Position numbers and translations under genes: made by a program. Under the pieces are notes generated by a model. The model made no database searches and was not told the DNA's origin. It was given only the letters and a program-made list of their open reading frames with translations. Shown piece by piece: positions 8,581-16,398 of a stretch of 32,000 nucleotides of DNA (positions are counted from its first letter, which is position 1; each line of letters begins with the position of its first letter). The DNA is taken from positions 5,562,091 through 5,594,090 of the forward strand of contig CP071065.1 in NCBI GenBank assembly GCA_017164015.1. Reading direction: 5' to 3'. This stretch comes from Nostoc sp. UHCC 0702 (GTDB lineage: Bacteria; Cyanobacteriota; Cyanobacteriia; Cyanobacteriales; Nostocaceae).

Positions 8581-11500
8581 TTGCGAAGGGGTGTAATTTT
8601 GAATACAGTTGAGTTTTTATCTTATCTTCGCAGCTTAGATATTCAAGTTTTTATTGATGGTGAAAAGTTCCGCTGTAACGCCCCTGAAGGAATTCTGACA
8701 GCAGAACTACGTGCAGAAATTCAAAAGCGTAAACCAGAAATTATTCAATTTCTACAACCATCTAATCGTACTAATAACCACAGCTTTAAACCTCTCGTAC
8801 CTATTTCCCGGTCAGAAAATCTTCCCCTCTCCTTTGCTCAACAAAGGCTGTGGTTTCTTAACCAATTAATTCCTAATAATCCTTTCTATAACATTTCACT
8901 AGCACTAAAATTAACAGGTTCCCTCAATCAAGCTGCCCTAGAGCAAACTTTTAACGAAATTGTGCGACGACATGAAGCTTTACGCACCACTTTTGTCATG
9001 CAGTCAGGGCAACCAGTTCAGATAATTAATCCTACGCTGACAATACCATTACCAATAATAGATTTAGGACAACTGCCACAAGCCGAACGAGAAATAGAAG
9101 CACGACGCCTCACTATCCAAGAAGCTCAACGTGCTTTTAATTTATCAACTGATTCGTTACTGCAAGTAAAATTGCTGCGGTTGGATGAAACACAATACAT
9201 CCTGCTGCTGACTATGCACCACATAGTCTCCGATGGTTGGTCTATTGGAGTGCTGATTAAAGAGATAGCAGCACTCTACACAGCCTTTGCCAACAATCAG
9301 CCTTCTCCTCTAGCGAAACTTACAATCCAATATGCAGACTTTGCATACTGGCAACGCCAATGGTTGCAAGGGGAAGTATTAAAAAACCAACTGAGTTATT
9401 GGCAGAAGCAATTAAACGGCATTTCTATGCTAAATCTGCCAACTGACAGACCAAGATTAGCTGTTCAAACTTACCAAGGTGCAAGGCAACCTCTGCAATT
9501 ATCAAAAAGTTTGAGCAAAGCACTTTTAACTCTCGGACAGCAAGCAGGGGTAACTTTGTTTATAACCCTACTAGCAGCATTCCAAGTTTTACTTTACCGC
9601 TATACACAACAAGAAGATATTGCTATTGGTTCACCTATTGCCAATCGCAACCGTAGCGAAATTGAAGGATTAATTGGTTTTTTTGTCAATAGCTTAGTAC
9701 TGCGTACTGACCTCTCAGGAAATCCAACTTTTCGGGAATTATTGAGTCGAGTTAAACAGGTAGCTTTAGGCGCTTATGCTCATCAAGATTTGCCTTTTGA
9801 AAAGCTGGTAGAAGAACTACATCCAGAGCGGAATTTAAATCAAAATCCGCTATTTCAAGTTGTTTTTGCGCTACAAAATGCGCCGATGTCTGCGTTAGAG
9901 TTACCTCGTTTAACTTTAAGTCCGCTACCATTAGATACGGAAACAACACGCTTTGATTTGGAGTTTCACCTGTGGGAGCCAAATACTCAAAATGGTTTAT
10001 GGGTAGATAGCTCAGAAGGAATTAGTGGTTTTGTAATTTACAGTACTGATTTATTTGATCAGGCTACTATCACCAGGATGTTAGGACACTTCCAAACATT
10101 ACTAGAAGGTATAGTTGCAAATCCAGAACAACGAATTGCACATTTACCACTTTTAAGCGAATCTGAGTTAGATCAGTTGTTGGTTCAATGGAATAATACG
10201 CAAATAGATTATCCTCAAGATAAGTGTATCCATCAGTTATTTGAGAGTGTTGCACAGCAAAATACTGATACCATAGCTTTGGTATTTGGTGAACAACAAC
10301 TCAGCTACAAAGAGTTAAATAAACGCAGTAACCAACTTGCACATTATCTCAAAAAATTAGGAGTTAAAGCTGAAGTTTTAGTTGGACTTTGTGTAGAACG
10401 CTCTTTTGAAATGGTAATCGGAATGTTGGGCATCTTGAAAGCAGGCGGAGCTTATGTGCCTCTAGACCCAAGCTATCCATCTGAACGTTTGCACTTGATG
10501 CTGAAAGATGCTCAAGTTTCAGTTTTATTAACTCACGAGCAATGGCTGGAACGTTTAGAAAATAATAATTCACAAGTAATCTGTTTAGATAAAGATTGGG
10601 AAATTATTGCTCAAGAGATTGAAGAAAATCCGACTAACGAAGTTACAGTAGACAACTTAGCTTATATCATTTATACCTCTGGTTCAACAGGAAAGCCTAA
10701 AGGTGTAGAAATTGAACATAGAGGATTGTTAAATTTAGTATTTTGGCATCAAAAAGCCTTTGCAGTTTCACATCTTGACCGAGTAACGCAGATTGCTGGG
10801 GTTGCGTTTGATGCTTGCGGTTGGGAAATTTGGCCTTACCTGAGTGCTGGAGCAAGCATCTATATTGTAGATGAGCAAATCAGGCAAATGCCTGACCATT
10901 TACGAGATTGGTTAATATCAAAAGCGATCACAATTTCCTTTCTACCAACACCTTTAGCAGAAAAAGTTTTATTATTAGATTTTCCGGAGAATGCAGCGTT
11001 ACGAATATTGCTCACAGGTGGTGATAAACTAAATCAATATCCTTTAGCTTCTCACTCTTTCCAAGTATTTAATAATTATGGCCCAACTGAGAACACAGTT
11101 GTGACAACTTCTGGGCATATTTCTGTTAACAATAAAGATAATTTAGCACCTGCAATTGGTCGCGCGATCGCTAACACGCAAGTCTACATATTAGATCAAT
11201 ATTTACAACCTGTGCCTATTGGTGTTTCAGGAGAATTGTACATCAGCGGTGATGGATTAGCACGAGGTTATTTCAACCGTCCTGATTTGACTGCTGAGTC
11301 CTTCATTTCTAATCCTTTTACTAATAAGTCAAAAGCACAACTTTATAAAACAGGTGATTTAGTTCGCTATCGATTAGACGGCGACATGGAATTTTTAGGT
11401 CGCCTCGACGACCAGGTAAAAATTCGTGGCTACCGCATTGAGTTGGGAGAAATTGAAGCAGTACTCAGTCAGCATCCAGCAGTGCAGCAAACTGTAGTCA

Positions 11501-13308
11501 TAAATCGTGAAGATGAACAGGAAAAACGCCTAGTAGCTTATGTAGTACCAAAAACCGAATATAACAGCGAACAGGAAAATATGCAATTAATGCAATTGCA
11601 GAATGAGCAAGTTTTGCAATGGCAGATGCTCTATAACGAAACTTATAATCAACCTGCTAATTCCGATCCAAAATTGAATTTTATCGGCTGGAATAGTAGT
11701 TACAGCAATCAGCCAATTCCAGCAGAACAGATGCGTGAGTGGGTGAATAACCAAGTCGAGCATATTTTGGCTTTACAACCCAAACGAGTGTTAGAAATTG
11801 GTTGTGGAACAGGTTTAATTCTGTTTAGGGTTGCACCTGACTGCACAAAATATTGTGGCACAGACTTTTCCTCAGTTTCACTTAACTATATTCAGCAGCA
11901 GTTACAAAACCAAGAAATGCCGCAGGTAACGCTGTATCAGCAAATGGCTACTGATTTCGAGAAAGTAGAAACAGCAGCTTTTAATGTAGTAATTATCAAC
12001 TCAGTTGTACAATATTTTCCTACTATTGATTATCTGATTCGTGTATTAGAAGGTGCTGTGCAGGCAACTGCACCGGGTGGCTTTATCTTTATAGGAGATG
12101 TGCGTAGTTTGCCACTTTTGCAAGCTTTCCATGCATCAGTGCAACTGTATCAAGCTGAACCTTCCCTTACACGGTTCGAGTTGCAGCAACGGGTAAAAAT
12201 GCAAATATTTCAAGAAACAGAGTTAGTCATTGACCCAGCTTTTTTTACTGCAATCAAGCAACACTTTCCACAAATTAATGATGTACAAATTCAACTGTTG
12301 CGGGGTAAACATCACAATGAGTTAACTCAGTTTCGTTACAATGTAATTCTTACTATTGAGGGCGAAACTGTTAACAATACTGAAGATTATCCAGTTTCAA
12401 ATTGGTCTGAAAATAATTTAACACTGTCAGCAGTGCATCAGTTATTAATTGATAATCAGCCAGAAATATTAAACATTATAAATGTACCTAATGCGCGGGT
12501 AATGTCAGCAGTTAAAATAGCAGAATTGCTATCAGATGTAGAAGGTTTTAAAACTGTAGCTGAAATACGTAAAGCTTTACAAGAACTCGAAAATTTCGGA
12601 GTAGAACCAGAAGATTTTTATGGGCTGAATGTACCTTATAGGGTTGATATTACCTGGTCACATTCAAGTATTGAAGGACATTATGATGTGGTTTTTATAC
12701 GGCAAGATAGAGTAGCTAAGAAAACTATTTTTCCACATAGCACGGCTGACTCTCGGACTTGGCAATCTTACGCCAATAATCCTCTACAAGCCAAAGCAGC
12801 ACGTAAGTTAGTGCCGCAGTTACAGACTTACATCACACAAAAACTGCCTGAGTATATGATGCCATCAGCTTTTGTAATATTGGAGTCTTTACCTCTAACA
12901 GCTAATGGTAAAGTCAATCGCCGCGCCTTAAGAGCATTGCATGATGCAATCAAACCCCAATTGACTGAAAATTACATTGCACCGAGAACTCCTATTGAAC
13001 AAGTGCTGGTGAAAATTTTTGCTGAGCTTTTGGGACTTAAACGTGTAGGAATTTATGACAATTTCTTTGAATTAGGTGGTCATTCATTACTAGCAACTCA
13101 GCTTGTCTCTAGAGTGCGCGACACCTTGCACGTGGAGTTACCTTTGCGTAGCGTATTTGAGGCATCGACAATTGCAGAATTATCTCAGGTGGTAGAAAGT
13201 TTTAAAGGGAGCAATGCTCAAAGTCAAGCCCCGATTTTAGCACCACTATCGCGTGAAAGTCGCCGCATTAAGCTATCTTCTTTAAAGGAACAGAACAAAG
13301 GTTCTTAG
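8581..13308 (+). CDS. Non-ribosomal peptide synthetase, docking-C-A(methyltransferase insert)-T (predicted N-methyl-Leu module)
   Basis: 1575-aa ORF. The start is uncertain: TTG 8581 in the ORF track, with an alternative in-frame TTG at 8599 giving MNTVEFLSYL. N-terminal TubC-type docking domain, then C (HHIVSDGWS). A domain: LAYIIYTSGSTGKPKGV, NNYGPTENT, GELYISGDGLARGY, YKTGDLVRYRLDGDMEFLGRLDDQVKIRGYRIEL. A roughly 450-aa insert with SAM motif VLEIGCGTG lies between A8 and A9 (LPEYMMP). PCP: FFELGGHSLL. Stachelhaus code DAWFLGNVVK is the canonical Leu code. Confidence 0.95.
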   Translation: MRRGVILNTVEFLSYLRSLDIQVFIDGEKFRCNAPEGILTAELRAEIQKRKPEIIQFLQPSNRTNNHSFKPLVPISRSENLPLSFAQQRLWFLNQLIPNNPFYNISLALKLTGSLNQAALEQTFNEIVRRHEALRTTFVMQSGQPVQIINPTLTIPLPIIDLGQLPQAEREIEARRLTIQEAQRAFNLSTDSLLQVKLLRLDETQYILLLTMHHIVSDGWSIGVLIKEIAALYTAFANNQPSPLAKLTIQYADFAYWQRQWLQGEVLKNQLSYWQKQLNGISMLNLPTDRPRLAVQTYQGARQPLQLSKSLSKALLTLGQQAGVTLFITLLAAFQVLLYRYTQQEDIAIGSPIANRNRSEIEGLIGFFVNSLVLRTDLSGNPTFRELLSRVKQVALGAYAHQDLPFEKLVEELHPERNLNQNPLFQVVFALQNAPMSALELPRLTLSPLPLDTETTRFDLEFHLWEPNTQNGLWVDSSEGISGFVIYSTDLFDQATITRMLGHFQTLLEGIVANPEQRIAHLPLLSESELDQLLVQWNNTQIDYPQDKCIHQLFESVAQQNTDTIALVFGEQQLSYKELNKRSNQLAHYLKKLGVKAEVLVGLCVERSFEMVIGMLGILKAGGAYVPLDPSYPSERLHLMLKDAQVSVLLTHEQWLERLENNNSQVICLDKDWEIIAQEIEENPTNEVTVDNLAYIIYTSGSTGKPKGVEIEHRGLLNLVFWHQKAFAVSHLDRVTQIAGVAFDACGWEIWPYLSAGASIYIVDEQIRQMPDHLRDWLISKAITISFLPTPLAEKVLLLDFPENAALRILLTGGDKLNQYPLASHSFQVFNNYGPTENTVVTTSGHISVNNKDNLAPAIGRAIANTQVYILDQYLQPVPIGVSGELYISGDGLARGYFNRPDLTAESFISNPFTNKSKAQLYKTGDLVRYRLDGDMEFLGRLDDQVKIRGYRIELGEIEAVLSQHPAVQQTVVINREDEQEKRLVAYVVPKTEYNSEQENMQLMQLQNEQVLQWQMLYNETYNQPANSDPKLNFIGWNSSYSNQPIPAEQMREWVNNQVEHILALQPKRVLEIGCGTGLILFRVAPDCTKYCGTDFSSVSLNYIQQQLQNQEMPQVTLYQQMATDFEKVETAAFNVVIINSVVQYFPTIDYLIRVLEGAVQATAPGGFIFIGDVRSLPLLQAFHASVQLYQAEPSLTRFELQQRVKMQIFQETELVIDPAFFTAIKQHFPQINDVQIQLLRGKHHNELTQFRYNVILTIEGETVNNTEDYPVSNWSENNLTLSAVHQLLIDNQPEILNIINVPNARVMSAVKIAELLSDVEGFKTVAEIRKALQELENFGVEPEDFYGLNVPYRVDITWSHSSIEGHYDVVFIRQDRVAKKTIFPHSTADSRTWQSYANNPLQAKAARKLVPQLQTYITQKLPEYMMPSAFVILESLPLTANGKVNRRALRALHDAIKPQLTENYIAPRTPIEQVLVKIFAELLGLKRVGIYDNFFELGGHSLLATQLVSRVRDTLHVELPLRSVFEASTIAELSQVVESFKGSNAQSQAPILAPLSRESRRIKLSSLKEQNKGS
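8599..8760 (+). other. TubC_N-type (beta-hairpin) NRPS N-terminal docking domain
   Basis: NTVEFLSYLRSLDIQVFIDGEKFRCNAPEGILTAELRAEIQKRKPEIIQFLQ matches the recalled TubC N-terminal docking pattern (..L..L...G..L...G..L....P.G.L...L...I...K.E.I..L). Confidence 0.7.
11470..12840 (+). other. SAM-dependent methyltransferase domain embedded in the A domain (between core motifs A8 and A9)
   Basis: The insert begins after KIRGYRIELGEIE (ends about 11460) and ends before LPEYMMP (about 12844). It contains FIGWNSSYSNQPIPAEQMREWV and the SAM-binding VLEIGCGTG (11788-11814), typical of NRPS N-methyltransferase domains. Confidence 0.8.
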
Positions 13309-13374
13309 TAGTATATGAAAAAATTTGGCGTTGCTGAATAATAGGCTTCTTGCATAAATCTTTTTTTTGCCTCA

Positions 13375-13400
13375 CGCAAAGGCGCAAAGGCGCAAAGGCG
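13375..13400. repeat. Short tandem octamer repeat (CGCAAAGG x3)
   Basis: cgcaaaggcgcaaaggcgcaaaggcg read directly from the sequence downstream of the NRPS stop. Confidence 0.8.
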
Positions 13401-13407
13401 CTAACTG

Positions 13408-13534
13408 ATATCTTGCATTATTCTCAATTAACCCTGTGGTGGGCACTGCCAACAACGTAAAAATCAAGGTTTGAGTGAACCATTAGCAGTGCCCACCCTA
13501 CAAAAATGTCAATAACGCAACTGGTGCAAGATAT
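13408..13534. mobile_element. MITE-like nested palindromic element
   Basis: Outer inverted repeat ATATCTTGCA (13408-13417) / TGCAAGATAT (13525-13534). Inner 12-bp inverted repeat GGTGGGCACTGC (13438-13449) / GCAGTGCCCACC (13486-13497). No coding potential. Confidence 0.5.
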
Positions 13535-13652
13535 GAACTAAGAAGAACGCGAACAAAACGACTTTTGCTCATTGTCTAATGATAATTTCCTAGACGCTAT
13601 CATGATAAGCATATAAAATGCAGTGCGATCGCACAATTAAATCTAAACTCAG

Positions 13653-14168
13653 ATGAGCATGTATCAATTTCCACAATATTTCTGGCGTTGCGCCCTGGTA
13701 GTTCTTCTAGCATTAACTCTATATGGATGGGGTGCAAAGTCAGCACATGCGCTGCTGAGGCAACATCATGATTCTCCAAGCGTTTTGCGCTATCATTCGC
13801 AAGTCTCTATCAAGGATGAAAAAGGATATGCTTGGCAAGTATTGCTGTTCAAGCAGAATTACAATAATCCAATTAAAGAATTAAGGTTGCGGTTGGTTGG
13901 GTTTCCTGGTGTGGTTGAAGTCACTCACCCCCAACCATTAGAAATTGAAACAGCAGGTGGAAAATTGCTTTTGGCATCGGATGCCTACGCTTTGGCTGCA
14001 CCCGCCCTGAATGTGGGTGAATATGAATTAACTGATGTCTTACCCAAACTACCAACTACGGATGCCCTTAAACTCCATGTACCAACTAAGAACAAACAGC
14101 CATTAATTCTCAGCATCCCCAACTCTGTAGTAACTGAGTGGCAATGGCTAGTGACAGAAATTGATTAA
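13653..14168 (+). CDS. Secreted hypothetical protein (conserved cyanobacterial type, possibly DUF3122)
   Basis: 171-aa ORF with an N-terminal signal peptide (CALVVLLALTLYGWGAKSAHA). The family assignment is from memory only. Confidence 0.6.
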   Translation: MSMYQFPQYFWRCALVVLLALTLYGWGAKSAHALLRQHHDSPSVLRYHSQVSIKDEKGYAWQVLLFKQNYNNPIKELRLRLVGFPGVVEVTHPQPLEIETAGGKLLLASDAYALAAPALNVGEYELTDVLPKLPTTDALKLHVPTKNKQPLILSIPNSVVTEWQWLVTEID

Positions 14169-14293
14169 TATAAAGTACAGGCACTTTCCATACCATCCTT
14201 AATGTTCTAAGCTTGAGCGATTTGGTGGTTAGCGGCCTTCAAAATAGAAAAATCGTATTAATTGCCAATAATTAGAAACTTGTAGCAAGGCTT

Positions 14294-14441
14294 GATATCA
14301 TGTCCGGTTAATTAGTTATGATTCCCGCAATTATTGCACCCCACCCCTAACCCCTCAGAGTCAACGGGGAGGGGAAACAAAGCGTAGCTTTGGTGGGGTG
14401 GGGTTCTTTGGTTTTTATAAGTAATCAAGCGGACATGATAT
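14294..14441. mobile_element. MITE-like element with terminal and internal inverted repeats
   Basis: Terminal inverted repeat GATATCATGTCCG (14294-) / CGGACATGATAT (14430-14441). Internal inverted repeat CACCCCACCCC / GGGGTGGGG. The left end resembles the left end of the element at 26478. Confidence 0.55.
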
Positions 14442-14500
14442 GACTCAATTTCAAGGTTTCAAGGTTTCATCTATCATGCCGATTTTATTTATCTGTTGAT

Positions 14501-15022
14501 CTACTTAATTAACTGTTGCAAATAATCTTCCACAATTTGGAATGCTTCAGGACTGTTACCATAACTAGGGTTACTTCTATAAAATACTTTTTTCTGTTTC
14601 TTGCCTAAACATACTGAAATAGAATAAGGATAGTACCTTTTATTAGGCGGCGCACCATACTCTGTTGCTAAATTCATAAACCCACTTGATTTAATCAATT
14701 TTTTCAGTTTATCCAACTGATTGTTAGTAAGTTTTTTATTTCTTGTCTGAGTAGTGACTTGACTAGGTATTGCAGATATAGGATTATTGTATGATTCTAT
14801 TTTTTCACTCCAAATTATTGACAAATTTTTGACTGCAATCGAAACAGTAGGTGCAGAATATGTCAGCACAAAATTTTCTGTTTGATTCGTACATTCACTT
14901 TGAGCTAAATTATCGACTATCATCAACGAAGTAGGAACAGAACTCAAACTGTGCTGAAGCAAATTTTGCCCTATATTAGAAAATTCAGAAATGATTGCTA
15001 GGGAAAATAAAAAAATTTTCAT
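14501..15022 (-). CDS. Hypothetical protein with N-terminal signal/hydrophobic segment
   Basis: 173-aa ORF, AT-rich, N-terminus MKIFLFSLAIISEF. No motif recognised. Confidence 0.5.
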   Translation of the reverse strand: MKIFLFSLAIISEFSNIGQNLLQHSLSSVPTSLMIVDNLAQSECTNQTENFVLTYSAPTVSIAVKNLSIIWSEKIESYNNPISAIPSQVTTQTRNKKLTNNQLDKLKKLIKSSGFMNLATEYGAPPNKRYYPYSISVCLGKKQKKVFYRSNPSYGNSPEAFQIVEDYLQQLIK

Positions 15023-15071
15023 ATTAATATGTAAGGTAATTCCAGAAAATAAATTATTCCGTTTGAAGTTG

Positions 15072-15134
15072 TTGACTATTGACTATTGACTATTGACTGT
15101 TGACTACTGACTATTGACTATTGACTATTGACTG
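15072..15134. repeat. Heptanucleotide tandem array (TTGACTA x9, STRR-like)
   Basis: Nine contiguous 7-nt units (variants TTGACTG, CTGACTA) lie in the 125-nt spacer between CDS 14501..15022 and CDS 15148..16089. Confidence 0.9.
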
Positions 15135-15147
15135 TAAACCGTTTTCA

Positions 15148-16089
15148 TCAAAAACGATTAGATGCTAATTTATTCAACCATTTCGATGCTTCGTTGTACG
15201 ATTTGAACTGGCTTTCACTGGCACGAAACTCTTTTGTATGAACCATTCTTCTCCCCTGAACCCACTTCGCGCCGTGGTACTTGTGCAACAATTCGTGATA
15301 CAACACAAACTCAACTACAAATTCCGGTACATTAACATCATCAAGAGTCAAACTGATCACTACCCTATCTCTAGCTGACTCATAGTGTCCGAACTTACGG
15401 TAAGTGTTAATTCGGCTCCATGCTAGGCGTGGTTTGGCAAGACTTGCCGCGAAATATTCATGGTTAACTTTATGAAATAATTCATCTAGGTTATAAAACT
15501 TTCCTTGTGGATTTTCTGCCACTACCTCAGCAATCAAATCAAGCTCTAACACTAGATTAGTGTATTCTTCTGTACTGACAAATGACCTGATCAGTTGTGT
15601 ATTCTGTTGATTTTTGCCAAAAAGTGCAGATTCTACTAATGCTTGCAATACTACTTTTGGTGCATTTATAAATCCCTCATTAATCATGATATTGGCTGTG
15701 CTATTAGACCTTTTCCCCTGATATAGCCCAGCTAAATTAGTTATGCCAATCATTACTTGAAGTGAGTTTTGACCACGTTCATTCAGGATTTGTTTGGCAG
15801 TTGACAACACACAGCCACTAGTTCTCAGGTGGAGTTCTAAATACTGTTCATTTGTTAAAAACTTGATCCATGAGTAGATTCTACGGGATGAAGGAGTCAG
15901 ATTTGCTGGCGTTGCTTGTTGGGTAGAACATATTTTTTCAATTGTTGTTGCTGTTGTAATTAAATTTTGATTTAATTGTTGTATTTGAATTGATTCATAA
16001 TTATGTTTTGCAGCTAAATTAAAAATTTTATGCAATATCTTATTTTGTTGCACTTTGATGTTTTTTAAGCGAATACCCTCAACGTTCAT
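15148..16089 (-). CDS. DUF45/YgjP-like (M48-related) putative zinc metallohydrolase with a long N-terminal extension
   Basis: 313-aa ORF. The C-terminal region RLAWSRINTYRKFGHY...VISLTLDD...FVVEFVLYHELLHKYHG...HTKEF...WLNKL fits the recalled DUF45 pattern, including the HExxH motif (HELLH). Confidence 0.6.
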   Translation of the reverse strand: MNVEGIRLKNIKVQQNKILHKIFNLAAKHNYESIQIQQLNQNLITTATTIEKICSTQQATPANLTPSSRRIYSWIKFLTNEQYLELHLRTSGCVLSTAKQILNERGQNSLQVMIGITNLAGLYQGKRSNSTANIMINEGFINAPKVVLQALVESALFGKNQQNTQLIRSFVSTEEYTNLVLELDLIAEVVAENPQGKFYNLDELFHKVNHEYFAASLAKPRLAWSRINTYRKFGHYESARDRVVISLTLDDVNVPEFVVEFVLYHELLHKYHGAKWVQGRRMVHTKEFRASESQFKSYNEASKWLNKLASNRF

Positions 16090-16142
16090 TTGAGTTTTGT
16101 AACTATAAAGGAATAAACAAGTTCTTACATTTCAATATTACT

Positions 16143-16286
16143 AGGACTTACGCAAGTGTCATATTTTTTTCGTCTGGGCAGTACTGGGTCAAAAGTCAAT
16201 AGTCCAAAAAATCTTGCTTAAAGACTATTGACTATTGACTATTGACTGCCATCACAGTAAATCTGTGTGCCAGTTGCGTAAGTCCT
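16143..16286 (-). mobile_element. MITE copy A (TIR AGGACTTACGC), inverted relative to copies B and C
   Basis: The ends are aggacttacgcaagtgtcat ... gtgtgccagttgcgtaagtcct. The reverse complement aligns by eye with the copies at 23652 and 24553. It contains an internal (GACTATT)n heptamer tract (about 16223-16248). Confidence 0.8.
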
Positions 16287-16360
16287 GATTACTATTTGAT
16301 GTAAGATGGTATTCTTTGTATCAAAAGCCACAGTTAAGACAAAAACTAAATTTCAAGTGT

Positions 16361-16384
16361 AGGAGCAATTCATGAATTGCTCCT
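16361..16384 (-). terminator. Perfect palindromic hairpin just downstream of the 597-aa CDS stop
   Basis: AGGAGCAATTCATGAATTGCTCCT lies 15 nt beyond the stop at 16399. No clean T-run follows on the minus strand, so terminator function is tentative. Confidence 0.4.
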
Positions 16385-16398
16385 GGGTGAATTTGGTA

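Noticed and set aside
1068-10573. Multiple 60-116-aa ORFs, sense out-of-frame or antisense, within the three NRPS genes (for example 1967-2317, 2595-2906, 7701-7928, 9752-9982)
   Set aside because: All are nested in continuous NRPS reading frames with canonical domain motifs. No motifs or start signals support them.
16090-16398. Search for a small RiPP precursor ORF near the radical SAM/SPASM gene. The 21198-21305 spacer was also searched.
   Set aside because: Only trivial ORFs (6 aa or fewer) are present. The regions are occupied by a MITE, a palindrome and a promoter spacer. I therefore did not adopt a classical RiPP interpretation.
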